A stretch of 64,000 nucleotides of DNA from Scenedesmus sp. PABB004 (taxonomy: Eukaryota), in the NCBI GenBank assembly GCA_014905635.1, contig JABVCE010000036.1:124001-188000 (forward strand), read 5' to 3'. The notes beneath the pieces were generated by a model, which worked only from the letters and a program-made list of their open reading frames with translations, made no database searches and was not told the DNA's origin. The translations under genes were made by a program, and so were the position numbers. Below, in pieces: positions 1 through 11,596 of the stretch (position 1 is the stretch's first letter; each line of letters starts with the position of its first letter).

Positions 1-1854
1 GTACCTGGCGCTGAAAAACTACCGCGCGCGCAAGAAGGGCGAGGTGCGCCGGGGGGGGGGGCTGGGAGCGCAGGACGCGGGCTGGGAGCGTAGCACGCCC
101 GGCGGCCGGCCGCCGGCGCGGCCAACGGGCGCCGACGGCGGCGCCGCCGCCGCGCAGGTCGAGGCTATGGAGGCCGAGATTGCGGCCAAGCAGGCGCAGG
201 TCGCGGCGCTGCTGGCTGAGAACGAGGCGCTGAAGCACAAGCAGGACGCGCTCGTCAGCACCATCGGCATCCAGGCGCGCCGCCCGCGCCCCCGCGCCCG
301 CGGCCGCGGCTGGCTGCGCGCGGCGCCGCCGCGCCCCGCGCCCTCTGCGCCGACGCGCCGCCGCCGCGCCCTCGTCCGCCGTGCGCAGGACGGCATGGTC
401 GCACAGCTGGCGGCGCTGCAGCTGGAGCAGGGCGGCGGCGGCGGCGGCGGCGGCGCCGGCGCCGGCGGCGCGAGCAGCGCCGCGCACGCGCTCGTCGCCG
501 CGGTCACGGGCGAGGCGCAGCCCGGGGGCGAGCCGGAGGAGGCGAGCAATAACAACAACAGCAGCGGCCTCCCGCTCGGCGCCGGGACCGACTGGGCGGG
601 CATCGCCGCGAGCCTGCCGCCGCCCGGCGCGCCGGCGCCGCCGCCGCCGGACGTGCCGGCGCTGCTGGCGCGGTACAAGGACTACGTGGCCGCCTGCGCG
701 GCCGCGCTCGCGCGCCTCGCGGCCGCGCTGCAGGCGGCCGATCCGAACCGCTTCCCGCCGGGGCGCCCCGTGCCGCCGGGCGCGGTCGGGTCAGTGACGC
801 CGCCCGAGGCGGCGGCCCTGGGCGTGGCCCTGCCGCGGCCGCCGTTCCGGCTGGCCGAGTTCCTCGCCCTCGGCAACGACGAGCGCATCCCGCCCGCGCT
901 GCCGGCGATCAACCTGCTCACCGGGGTGCGCGCGGGACGCGCGCCGCCGCGGCTGCCGGTACCGCGGCGCGGCCACCTGGGCGGCCGGTCCCCGCGCCGC
1001 GCCGCCGCCGCCGCCTCGCGCGCCGCGTCACGCAGCGCTCGGCGCGCATGCACGCGCGCAGGTGCACGAGAGCATTGAACCCCAGATCTGGCGCGTCGTC
1101 GCGGGCACGCTGCGCCTGCGCCCGGGGCAGGCCGAGCGCCTTGGCGCGGCGTGGCGGCTCTATGCGGCGAGCCTGGACCGCGTGAACGAGGAGCGCGGCG
1201 GCCTCATGGCGCGGCTGCAGGCCGCGCTCGACACGGCGCAGCGCAGCGCCGCCGCCGCCGACGCGGCGGGCGTCGGCCTCGCCGCGGGCGGCGGCGTTCC
1301 GGGCGGCGCGCCGCCCGGCGGCGCCGGCGGCGGCGCTGCCGGCGCGCCGCGCCCGGGGCCCAACGACGCCGACGGCGCGTGGCTCATGACCGACGCGGCG
1401 CTGCTGGACGGCGTGCTCAACCAGGTGGGTGGGTGTGTGTGTGCGTGTGTGGGAGAGAGAGGGGCGCTGGGCGCGCTGGGCGCGCTGGGCGACCGCACCG
1501 CCGCCGCCGCGGTCTGGCCGCCCGGCTGGCGCCGGCAGGGCGAGTACTGGGAGCTGAGCGAGGCGATCGACGCCAACATGGCGCGCGAGGACGGGCTGAT
1601 GATACTCTACGACTACTCGCTCACACACCTGCTCGACGAGCTGCAGCTCGCGCAGGCGCGCGCGCCGCGCAGCCGCGCCGCCCACAGCCGCGCCGCCGGC
1701 GCATGCTGGCTGCGCTGAGTGACGCGCGCCACGCGCCGCGCCGAGCTGCCACGCGCCGCCCCGCCGCCGCCGCCGCCAGGTCGCGGTGAGCTGCTGGCCG
1801 TTCTTCCCGCTGATGGGGTCAATCAGTGCCTGGCTCGTGGGCGCCGCGGCGTGA
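1..1854 (+). CDS. bZIP transcription factor-like protein, 5'-truncated, multi-exon
   Basis: Spliced reading ALKNYRARKKGE|VEAMEAEIAAKQAQVAALLAENEALKHKQDAL is a basic region followed by a heptad zipper. Last exon VAVSCWPFFPLMGSISAWLVGAAA ends at TGA 1852-1854. GC-AG introns at 275-388 and 1656-1779. Confidence 0.7.
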
Positions 1855-1869
1855 GAGAGGAGGGCGCGC

Positions 1870-3174
1870 GGGCGGCCGCGCCGGCGGCGGCGCGCGGGCG
1901 GCGCGCGGTGGCCGGGCCGCGCGGCGGGCGAAGCGTTTGGCCCGCGGGGGCGTTTAGCGCGCCAGGCTGTGCGAGGGTCGGGAACCAGCGGCGGGAGGGC
2001 GGTCAACGCGCGCTTTACACGCAAACCGTCCGGCGCGGGAGCCCGTAGGCGCTCACTCACAGACTCACAGGTCAAACAAACGGTCGTCGACGCGACACGG
2101 CCAGCCGGCGCGCGCAGCAGGCCCTCAGCCACGGCCTCCGTGCGCAGGCCCTTGCGAGGGCAGGGGAGGCAGCACGGGCAGGCCCCACGCGGGGCACCAG
2201 CAGGGCCAGCCCCGCGCGACGCCCGGGCCCGGCGGCGGCGGCGCGCCGCCCACAGGCGACAACAACACGGGCAGGGGCGGTCGGCCTCGGCCTGGCGCGG
2301 CGGCTCGCGCGAGCACGCGCACGTGCGCCCAGGGCAGCGGGTGCGCGGGGGAGCGCGCGTGCGCGCACCTGGGCGATGCGCGCCTGCTTCGCCGTCGCGT
2401 GCTTGTCGAGGCAGCCGTCGCAGGTCACGTTCTCGCCCCGTACGTTCAGGGGCGACATCGTCACCTGCGACGGCTGCCCCGGACGTTCCGGGGCCGCTCG
2501 TGCGTGTGCTTGTCGAGGCAGCGTCGCAGGTCACGTTCTCGCCCCGTACGTTCAAAGGCTGCACCTGCGACGGCTGCCTCGACAAGCACGCCTCCAGCGG
2601 CAGCGGCACGCGGCAACCATGGCAGCAGCGCGACAGCGGCTGCCCCGTGTCCGCCGGCAGCACCTTGGCCTGCTGTCACCGCCGCTGGCTCGCAGCAGCG
2701 GGCAGCGCGCGCTGCCAGCGCCCGCGCGGCGCGCGTCCGCGCGCGTGCGCGCGCGCGCGCGCACCTCCCAGCAGGGGCCGCGTCCAGCAGTCCTCCTTGC
2801 AGCTCCGGCACGATGGGCCGCGCGCGCGGCACGGCGAGCCGCTGCGGCGACGCGGCGCTCGCGCTCGGGCCGGCGCCCGCGCCCGCGGGCGCCAGGAACC
2901 CGCCCAGCGCCGCCGGCTGCCAGGTCTTGCTGCCGGCGGGCAGCACGCGCACGCTGGGGGCCGCCGCGGGCGCGCCGCCGCACGCGTCGGCGGCGGGCGC
3001 CGCGCCGCGCGCGCCGCCATCGGCCGGCGCCGGGGCGCCCGGGGCGACGCCGGGGTCGGCCAGGCGGGGGCCTCGGGGCGCCGCGGCGTGAGAGAGGAGG
3101 GCGCGCGCCGGCGGCGCGCGGGCGGCGGCGGGCGGGCAGCGGGGGGCGCGCTGGCACGGGATTGAGCCGCGCAT
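1870..3174 (-). pseudogene. Degraded Cys-rich (zinc-finger-like) gene remnant disrupted by inverted duplications
   Basis: Minus-strand fragments AKVLPADTGQPLSRCCHGCRVPLPLEA, RGENVTCDGCLDKHATAKQARIAQ|GT, ADRPCPCCCRL and GACPCCLPC..VCLTCE, with exon-like ends. There is an in-frame TGA just upstream of the first fragment and the splice phases are inconsistent. Confidence 0.4.
2397..2591. repeat. Nested inverted/direct repeat forming long hairpins
   Basis: 2397-2425 is the exact reverse complement of 2563-2591 (29 bp). 2399-2448 is repeated directly at 2506-2554 with a 1-nt deletion. Internal stems: 2410-2425/2463-2478, tcgcccc/ggggcga and gccccgga/tccggggc. Confidence 0.95.
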
Positions 3175-3357
3175 GTCTTGGGCGGGGCGGCACTAGAAAA
3201 CGGCCCGGGCACTCACGGGTGTTAGGCGGTTTAGGGCCCCGCGCCCAGATCACCCGCGCGCAATAAACGCCCCAGCCCGCCCGCTCGATCCTCGCCTTAC
3301 CACGCCCGCTCGTCGCCGCCCACCCTCCTGCACCCCGCCGTCTCGCCACACACCACC

Positions 3358-5461
3358 ATGAAGGTCCAGGTGCGCGGCCGCGGGCGCATTGCTGGATCGG
3401 GGCGACGCGGGAGCGCGGGAGCAGCGTCTCGCGCTCGCCGGGCCCGCCCTGCGGCGGGGTGGCGCGCCGAGCGCGCGGGGGCAGCGGGCGCGGTGATCGA
3501 TGCCCGCCCGGCAGCGCGCCCGGGCCCATCGCGCCCGCGCGCCCCGGCGTCGCAAGATGCGGCTGGTGCCCGCGCAATCGGCGCGCGCGCAGCGCCAGCG
3601 GGCGCGGATCAGCGGCCGCACGGCAGCAGGAGCTCCGGCAACAGCGCCCCCGCGCGCGCCAGCCGCTCGGGCGCGCGAGGGCCCCGCGCCCCCGGCGAGC
3701 GCCAGCGGGCGGTCGAGCCCTCGCGCGCCCGGCGGCAGCGGTGGCGGCGGCCGGGCGCGGAGCAGCGCCGCAGCGCGCAGCGCCAGGCTGCGCGGCGCCG
3801 CGACTCCCGCGCAGCGGCAGCGGCAGCAGCGGCCGGGGCAGCAGTCTCAGTAGTGCAGCGGCAGGGGGCGACCGGAGGCTGAGGGCGGGGGCGGTGCTGC
3901 TGGCCTGCCCGCGCGCGCGCGCGCGCGCGCCGCCCGACGCGCCCCGGCCCTCGCGTCCCCGCCCTCGCGCCGCGCAGGCCCTCTTCAAGAAGAGCGCGGG
4001 CGCGGCCCCCAAGGCCAAGGCGCCCGCCAAGAAGGCGGCCGTGATCAAGGGCGGCTCCAAGACCACCCGCGGCTGGCTCGGCGGCGCGGGCGGCGCGCAG
4101 GGCCTCGACAAGTGGTACGGCCCCGACCGCGCCCTCTTCCTGCCCGGCGGCCTCCTCGACCGCAACGACCTCCCCGACTACCTCGACGGCACCCTGGCCG
4201 GCGAGTGAGTGGCCGCGGACGGCGCGCGGGGCTCTTGCAGGACGCCGCGCGGGGCTCTTGCAGGACGCGGGGCCGCGGCGGTGGCGCGCGCGCGCGCGCG
4301 CGCGCCGTCCTGCAAGCCCAGCGCCCTGCGCGCGTCGCGCCGCCGCTGACGCCGCGCCGCCCGTCCGCGCCCACCGCGCGCGCCGCGCAGCTACGGCTAC
4401 GACCCGCTCGGCCTGGGCAAGGACAAGGAGACGGTCGAGAAGTACCGCGCGAACGAGCTCATCCACGCGCGCTGGGCCATGCTCGCCGCCGCCGGCATCA
4501 TCATCCCCGAGGGCCTGCAGGCCAACGGCGCCGACATCCGTGAGCGCCGCCGCCGCCCGCGCCGCGCGCGCGCGCTGCTGCTGCTGCCCCGCGCGCCGCC
4601 GCCCAAGCGCTGCCGCCGCCGCGCCCGCGCGCGACGCCGCCTCCCACCTGACGCCGCCGCGCGTCGCGCGCGCGCAGGCGGCGGGACCTGGTTTGAGACC
4701 GGCGCCGAGATGCTCAACGGCGGCACCCTCAACTACTTTGCCGTGCCCTGGGGCATCGTGAGCAACCCGCTGCCGCTGTTCCTCGTCGTCGCGATCGAGG
4801 TGGGCCTCATGGGCGCGGTCGAGTACTACCGCCGCAACGGCACCGGCCCCGCGGGCTACAGCCCCGGCATCGGCAAGTTCGAGAGCAACGGTGAGGGGGA
4901 GAGAGCCGGCTTGGCCGCCCTGATTGCGCGCCGCGCGCGCGCGCTGGCGGCGCGCAATCAGGGCGTGCGCCGCCGAGGAGGCTGACCCGGCCCCGCGCCC
5001 CCCGCGCTCCCGCAGTCTTTGACGGCCTCGACAGCCTCTACCCCGGCGGTCCCTTTGACCCGCTCGGCCTCGCCGACGACCCGGAGGTGCTGGAGGAGCT
5101 CAAGGTCAAGGAGATCAAGAACGGCCGCCTCGCCATGATCTCCGTGCTGGTGCGCGCGCCGCGGGCGCGGCGGCGCGGGCGCCGCGGGCGCGGCGGCGCG
5201 GGCGCCGCGGGCGCGGCGGCGCGGGCGCCGCGGGCGCGGGGGCTCTCTGCTGGCTCTCTGCTGGCGCGCGCGCGCGCCGTGTGGGCGGGCGCCGACCCGC
5301 CGCCCCGCACGCCGCCCGCCGCCCGTGCGCAGGGCTTCTCGGTGCAGAGCTACGTGACGGGCGAGGGCCCGTACGCCAACTGGAGCAAGCACGTGGCCGA
5401 CCCCTTCGGCTACAACCTCCTCACCGTGCTGGGCGCGGAGGAGCGCACGCCCACGCTGTGA
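3358..5461 (+). CDS. LHCB5: Photosystem II minor antenna protein CP26 (chlorophyll a/b-binding), 6 exons
   Basis: MKVQ|ALFKK...[20 protein letters not shown]...DYGYDPLGL...[14 protein letters not shown]...[22 protein letters not shown]...[13 protein letters not shown]...[15 protein letters not shown], closely matching chlorophyte CP26. The 12-nt coding first exon is followed by a 608-nt intron (3370-3977). Confidence 0.96.
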
Positions 5462-6070
5462 GCGCGCTGCGCGTCGCAGCAGCAGCAGCAGCAGCCGGCG
5501 CGCTCGTGCGCCGCGGTACGAGGTGTGTGGTGCGTAGGAGTTTTGGCGGCGTGGAGAGGGAGAGCGTGCTGGCTCTGGCGGCGGTGTAGCGCAGGGCGCC
5601 CGCGCCGCCGCAGCAGCTCGAGTGAGCGCGCGGGGCGCGTGCCGGGCGGTGCGGTAACACGCCCGCCCCCTTGATCCCGAGCCTTGGTGTCGAGCTAGAG
5701 GTCGAGCCGAGATTCAAACCCCGAGCGAGCGGCGCGCGGCAGCGGGTTGCGCTCAAACCAAAACCGCGCTCGAGCATCGTGCGGACGCGTGGCAGGGCTC
5801 CCCGACACCGCTGGCAGGACGCAATTCGTGACCGCCGCCGCGAGCGAGGCCGCCCGTGCCTGCCACACACGCCGCGGGCCGCTGCGCCATCACCAACCAG
5901 CGCCGCCGCGGAGCCGCAGGAGGCCCCTGATCCACCGCACCGCCCTCCAAGCCTCCCGCCGTCGCTCCGCGGTCGCGTCACGTGAAAGTCCGGGACGCAC
6001 CGCGGCGGAGCAGCAGCAGCAGCGGCGGCGGCAGCGGCGCGCCGCTGCCCCGTCGGCGCGGCGCGCGGTG

Positions 6071-7643
6071 ATGGCGCCCAAGAAGGCCGTGGAGCGGGAG
6101 CTGTCCCGGGAGGAGCAGGAGGCCCAGGACGCGCACGAGCGGCTGCTCAAGCGCGCGTTCGACGCCGGGGTGCGCCAGCCGTCCGCAGCGCGTGCGGCGC
6201 CCCGCGCAGTCGCGCCGCGCGGTCGCGCCCACACCGCCGCCGCCGCCGCCGCCGGCCGCAGCTGCTGGCGCGCCAGGCGGCGCCGACGGCGGAGCAGCTG
6301 CCGCTGTGTCGCGGTGCGTGGGGGCGAGGGGTGCGCGGGCGTTTGCGGCGGGGCCGTGCCCACGCCTGCGCCCACGCCCGCCGCCGCGCCGCGCGCCCGC
6401 AGCGCTGCTGCGCGCGGACGGCAAGGACATCGTCAAGAAGAGCGCCGCGCGCAAGAACAGGCGCGGCGGCGCAGCGGCGCGGCGCGCCCCACGGCACCCC
6501 GCGGCGCCCGCGGCGCGCGCGCCGGCCCGCCAGCCGCGCAGCGCCGGCTGGCAGACGCGCGCGCGTGCGTGTGCGCCGCCGCCGCGCCGCCCAGGTACCT
6601 GCTGCTGCTGCCCGCCAAGCTCGCGCCCTCGGCGGCGGGGCCGATGGTGCGGTCGCGCGCGCGCGCCGCGCCGCGGAGGCACACCGCGGTGCCGCCGCGC
6701 GCGCGCCGCGCCGCGCCGCCCGCGCACCCGGCAACCCGCGCCGCGCCGCGCCGCGCCGCGCAGGGCACGCTGGCGGGGCTGGACAGCCGCAACCCGCGGC
6801 TGTACCTGGACTTTCCCTCCGGCCGGCTGCGCCTGGCGGGCAGCCTCGCGTTCCCAGCCAACAAGTACCTGGTCCTGCGCCTCGGCGGCGGCCCCGGCGG
6901 CGCGGCGCTGGCGGAGGACGTTTTTGACAACGTGGTGAGCCTGGCGGAGGGCGGGGCGGGCAGGGGGCCGGCCGCCTGTGCTGCCGGGCGGCGCACAGCC
7001 GGCCCCCACGTGGGCCACGGCCGAGCCGCAGCCCTGCTGACGCCGCGCCGCGCCGCGCCGGGCCGGCGGCAGATCGTGTTCAGTGAGCCGGAGTGGGTCG
7101 GGCGTGCCGAGGACAACCCGGACGAGCGGCCGCTGCCGCTGCCGCCGGAGCTCGCGGACGCGGCGCTGCACGAGGGGCCGCCCGACTACGCCTACGGCGG
7201 CGCGGGTGCGCCGCGGCGCGGGGGAGGGAAGGGAGGAGCTTGGGCAGCCAGACGCGGAGAGCACGCGGGGCCGAGCGCCCGCCCCGCCCCGCCCGCCCGC
7301 AGCGCCGCCGCGCGCGCCCGACGCCAGCCAGGCGCTGGAGGGGCCCGCCGGCGACGCCGACGTCGACATGGCGGCGACGCAGGAGCCGGGCAGCGAGCTG
7401 CTGGCCACGCAGGCCACCGAGGTGCGCGGGCGCGCCGCGGGGGGTGCGGTGCGACGCGGGCGCGTCGCGCCGCTGCCCGGCGCGCGCCCTCACCTGCCGC
7501 CTCCCCGGCCCGCGCCGCGCAGCCCACGCCGCCGGGGTCGGTGCGTCGCTCGTCGCGCGCCGGCGGGGCGAGGGTCAAGTCGTACGCTGACGTGGACGGC
7601 GCCGGCGCGGGCTCCGACAGCGACTACGACGACAGCCAGGGCA

Positions 7644-7675
<32 letters not shown>

Positions 7676-8839
7676 CGCGGCACGCCGGGGCTCGCCCCTG
7701 AGGCGGGCGGCGACGCGGGCGCCGCCGCGAGGCCGCGCGGCCGGGGCGGGCGCGCGTCGGCCGCCGCGCCGGTGGTGCTGCTGCGGCGGCAGCCGGGCTA
7801 CGCGCCCGCCCCCACGGGCGCGTTCGGGCGGCCCAAGGCCGCCGCCGACACGCCGGCCGACGGCGCCGAGCGCGCCAAGGCGGGCGCCGCGGCGGGCGAG
7901 GCCGGCGGCGCCGGCAAGCGGTGCGGCTGTGCAGGGAGGGGCGGCTGCGCGCGTGCGCGCAGCAGCTGGGGCCCGCCACGGCTCGCGCGCGCCTACGCTG
8001 CCCGTCCGTCGCCTGCCCCCTGCCCCCGCCGCGCGCCCCAGGCCGCGCGCGGCGGCCGCCGCGACGGGCGCCAAGCAGCAGCGCCGGCGGCGCAGCAGCA
8101 GCGAGGACAGCGCGGACGAGCGGAGCAGCGACGCGGACGGTGGGCCGGGCAGCGACTCGCCACTCGCCGCCGGCGCGCGCCGCGGCGCGGGGCGCGGCGC
8201 CGCGGGCAAGCGCAGCTACGCGGCGCTGTTTGCGAGCGACGGCGAGGAGGAGGAGCAGGCGGACGAGGCGGACGGCGCGCCCAGCGACGGTGAGCACGCA
8301 GCGCGCGCTGCGCAGCCCGGCGGGCGCGAGCGGCGGCGCGGCGGCGCCGACCCGGCCGCCCGCCCGCGGCCGCGCGCAGGCGCGGGCAGCGACGACAGCG
8401 GCCGGCCGCGCACCAAAACGGCGCGCGGCGGCGGCAGGGCGGGCGGCGGCCGCGGCCGCGGGCGCGGCCGCAGCACGCCCGGCGGCCGCGGCGGCAGCGC
8501 CAGCGGCGGCGGCAGCGACGACGACGGCGAGGTGGTGCTGGTCGGCAGCCAGCCGGCGCGGCGCGGAGGGCGCGGGCGCGGCGCCGCCGGCAGCGGCAGG
8601 AAGGCCGCCGCCGCCGCGGATGAGGACGACGAGGTGGTGCTGCTGGACGGCAGCAGCAGCGGCGACGACGAGGCGCCGCGGCGGCGCGCGCCCAAGCCGG
8701 CGGCGGCCAAGCGCGGCGGGGCCGCGCGCGCGGCGGCACCGGCAGCAGCAGCGACGACGGCGGCGACGACGCCTCGAGCGAGGAGGAGGGCAGCAGCGGC
8801 AGCGACAGCGGCGGCGGCAGCGACGCCGGCTCCGAGTGA
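6071..8839 (+). CDS. RHL1: DNA-binding protein RHL1 (topoisomerase VI accessory subunit) with long low-complexity C-terminus
   Basis: Spliced GKDIVKKSAARKNR|YLLLLPAKLAP..GTLAGLDSRNPRLYLDFPSGRLRLAGSLAFPANKYLVL..EDVFDNV|IVFSEPEWVGRAEDNPDE matches the plant RHL1 core as recalled (RKNRFLFSFPGLLAP..KNPVLYLNFPQGRMKLFG..DDYFDNMIVFSESWWIGTKEENPEE). Confidence 0.88.
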
Positions 8840-8937
8840 CGGCGGCGGCGGGGCCGAGAGTTGGGAGCTCGTTCGTTTAACCGCCCGCCCGCTGCAGCTG
8901 CCCGCGCGCGGCACGCACCACGCAGTCCCCCCGCACG

Positions 8938-9867
8938 TCACCGCGACGGCGCTGCCGCGCCGCCCGTGCCCGCGCGGCGCTTGCGCCGCTTCTTGCCGCC
9001 GCTGCCGCCGCCCGCCGGCAGCGCGCGCGCGTCGCCGCCGCTCCCGCTCCCGCCGCCGATGTGCTGCGCCGGCGCGTCGCCGATCTGTATGTCCATGTCG
9101 GCGCCGAGCCCGGTGAAGAGGCTGCCGAACATCATGGTCAGCTCGATGCCGTTCTTCATGGTCGGCACGACGGTCGAGTAGGGGCACTGCGGCGCGCACG
9201 GCGCGGCGCGTGGGAGGGCGGCGGGGGGCCGCGCGGGCGGCCGGCCGCGCCACGGCCGCGCGGCCGCGGCGGCGCACGCGCGGCAGGGGCGCGGGCCGCA
9301 CCTTTTTCGAGAAGCCCTTGCTGCCCGAGAGCATGACCTGGTCGAGGCAGGCGATGAAGTCGGCGTGGCAGTCGTTGGCGAGCACGTGCTTCGCGCCGAC
9401 GCAGTCGTCGTGCGCGCGGCAGCACGCGTCCGCCTCGTCGCACGGCTCCTCGCCTGCGCGCGGCGCGGCGCGGCGCGCGGACGGTGGCGGTCGGCGGCGC
9501 GCGCCGTGCGCCGCGGGGGCGGCGCGCCCGCGCCCCCGCGGGGCGGCGCGCCGCGCGCTCCAGCACGCACCCGGGCAGCCGCCGTGGCCCACGCCGCAGT
9601 ACTTGCCGTACCGCAGCCCCACGGTGTCGCAGTCGACCTCGTGGCAGGTTCGGGCGCACTGGCGGCGGAGAGCGGCGGCCGTGTGCGGCGCGGCGCCGGC
9701 GTCACCCCGGGCGCCGTGCTGCTGCGCCGCCGCGCCAGCGCGCGGCGCACCTCGGGCGCCTGGCTCGGCACCGCCAGGTCCAGGTCGTCCTGGGAGTCTA
9801 CGCCCGCCAGGAGCGCCGCCGCCAGGGCGATCACGAGCGCCAGGCGGCGTGGGAGCGGCCGCGCCAT
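8938..9867 (-). CDS. Secreted phospholipase A2, plant/group XI type, 4 exons
   Basis: Signal peptide MARPLPRRLALVIALAAALLAG, Ca2+ loop LRYGKYCGVGHGGCPG, catalytic DACCRAHDDC, then GFSKK|CPY. Confidence 0.92.
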   Translation of the reverse strand: MARPLPRRLALVIALAAALLAGVDSQDDLDLAVPSQAPEVRRALARRRSSTAPGVTPAPRRTRPPLSAASAPEPATRSTATPWGCGTASTAAWATAAARVRAGARGAPPRGGAGAPPPRRTARAADRHRPRAAPRRAQARSRATRRTRAAARTTTASARSTCSPTTATPTSSPASTRSCSRAARASRKRCGPRPCRACAAAAARPWRGRPPARPPAALPRAAPCAPQCPYSTVVPTMKNGIELTMMFGSLFTGLGADMDIQIGDAPAQHIGGGSGSGGDARALPAGGGSGGKKRRKRRAGTGGAAAPSR

Positions 9868-10159
9868 GAGGCCCGCCCTTCCCCTCGGCGCTGCGCCAGG
9901 CGGCCTCTGCGCCGACGCGGGCGTGCTGTCCTCGCGCAGGGCGGAAGCTGCACACAGCACGCTTGGGCCGCGGCCTCGGCAGCCAGACCCTGCACCGCGG
10001 CCGCGCGCCTGCCCGCGCCCGCCAGGCGCCGGGGGCGGGCCGCCGGCGCCTGGCCTCGTTCAAACACGACGCTGCCTCAGCCACAAACTCACCGCGTTGG
10101 AGGAGGAGGAGAGCCCAGTTGGGCTGCTCACTCGCGCGTTGCCGGCCGCCGCTGCTGCC

Positions 10160-11417
10160 ATGCACGGCCGGGCCGCCCAGCCTGCGCCGCGTGGCTGGTG
10201 TGGCTGCTGGCAGTGTGGGCCGCGCCCCGGCCCGCCGCCGCCATGCCCGCCGCCGGCGGCGCCTGCCCGGACCTGTTTGCGCAGCGGCTCGAGCTGTCGC
10301 AGGCGGATCAGGATGCCTTTGCGGCCCGGCTGAGCGCCGCCCCAGGCAGCTTCTGCCCGGCACTGCTGTGGAGTTACACCGGGACAGGCAACACCATGAC
10401 GCGCTTGCTGATAGAAGGCGCGACTGGCTTCCACACGGACTCCGTCTACACCGACCTGTCGCTGGTGGGCGTGCTGCCGGGCGAGCGCCTCTGCGGCCCC
10501 TCCGTCGTGGCCATCAAGGCACACCCCCAGTGGCATCCTTTCACGTCCATCGAGAACGGGCGGGGCGGCGGCCGCATCCGCCCGGCCGTCGCCAACGAGC
10601 CGCCAGACGCCAAGCCCGTGTGCGAGTGCGCGGGCAACTTTTCGCGGGCGGTCGCAGTCGTCAGGGACCCCTTTGCCACCTTTTTGGCCGAGTACAAGCG
10701 GCTGCGCACCCACGACTACTCCTCCTGCAGCCTCGGCCTCGCCGAGGAGGGGCAGGTGTGCCACGGGGGCCATGTGGCTTCGGTGACCCGCTCAGACTTT
10801 GACCGGACCGACTTCAGGTGAACGCTCCGGCGGGCGAGCTGCGAGGGGATGGCTGCGTGCAGCTGCGGCAGCGGCGCCCAGCGGGGTGCCAGCGGGGCGG
10901 GGTGCCAGCAGCTGGGGGAAAAGCAGCTCGCCACGCTGCTCAGAGGCCGCGGCGCCAGAGAGACAGGGGCGCCAGCAGCGGCCAACGCCGCAACGCCCGT
11001 TGCCTGCCCCCTTCCGCTCTGCCGCCAACCTGCTTGCCCAGGCGCGAGGTGCTGCGCTTGGCGGACGAGTGGTCGAGAATGTTTGACGACTATGACGCGT
11101 TCGCAGCGGCGCACCCCGGCGGCCTGCACCTGGCCACCTTTGAGGCGCTGACGGGCCCAGACGCCTCGGCCGCGCTGGCGGGGCTGGTCGCCGCGCTGGG
11201 CGCGCCGCCCGCCGGCGCCGAGAGGCTGCGCTGCGCCTTTGAGATGGCGCGGCACCCAGCCGTCTACCGCCCGAAGCACCCGGCCAGCGTGGACGCCTCG
11301 TTCGCGTACGGCAGCGGCGACGGCAGCAGCAGCGGCCTCGTGTGCGAGATTTGGCGAGTGGTGGGGCAGCGCGCGGCGCAGCACGGGTACGAGCCCTGGG
11401 GCGGGGCTGAGTGCTGA
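10160..11417 (+). CDS. Sulfotransferase-domain protein (WSCD1/2-like), probably secretory pathway; 5' end frame-disrupted
   Basis: LWSYTGTGNTMTRLLIEGATGFHTDSVY (5'-PSB-like), VVAIKAH and AVAVVRDPFATFLAEYKR (3'-PB-like). One intron, 10818-11041. The hydrophobic leader is in frame, but ATG 10160 is off by one base; the first in-frame ATG is 10243. Confidence 0.75.
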
Positions 11418-11596
11418 CTTTTTGCTTGGCGCAGCGCGAGGCAGGCTGTGGTGTGGCGAAAACGCTGGCGGGGAGCAGCGACAGGGGCTTGGTGTTGCCT
11501 GGCTCGCACAGCACAGCAAGAATCCTGGTGCGTGCGGCCGTTTTGCCGCGTGCCCTGGCAACAATCAACCATTGCGGCCATGACCGCCGCTCTCTC

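Noticed and set aside
2399..2554. Direct repeats with a spacer, superficially CRISPR-like
   Set aside because: Only two units, interleaved with inverted copies, in a eukaryotic locus with no cas genes.
3370..3977. Unusually long first intron of LHCB5
   Set aside because: No recognisable nested gene or RNA structure; long first introns are common in highly expressed genes.
5695..5776. tRNA-like look on the minus strand (GGTTTGAATCTC B-box-like, partial acceptor stem)
   Set aside because: No anticodon stem, mismatched D and T stems and wrong spacing; at most a decayed remnant.
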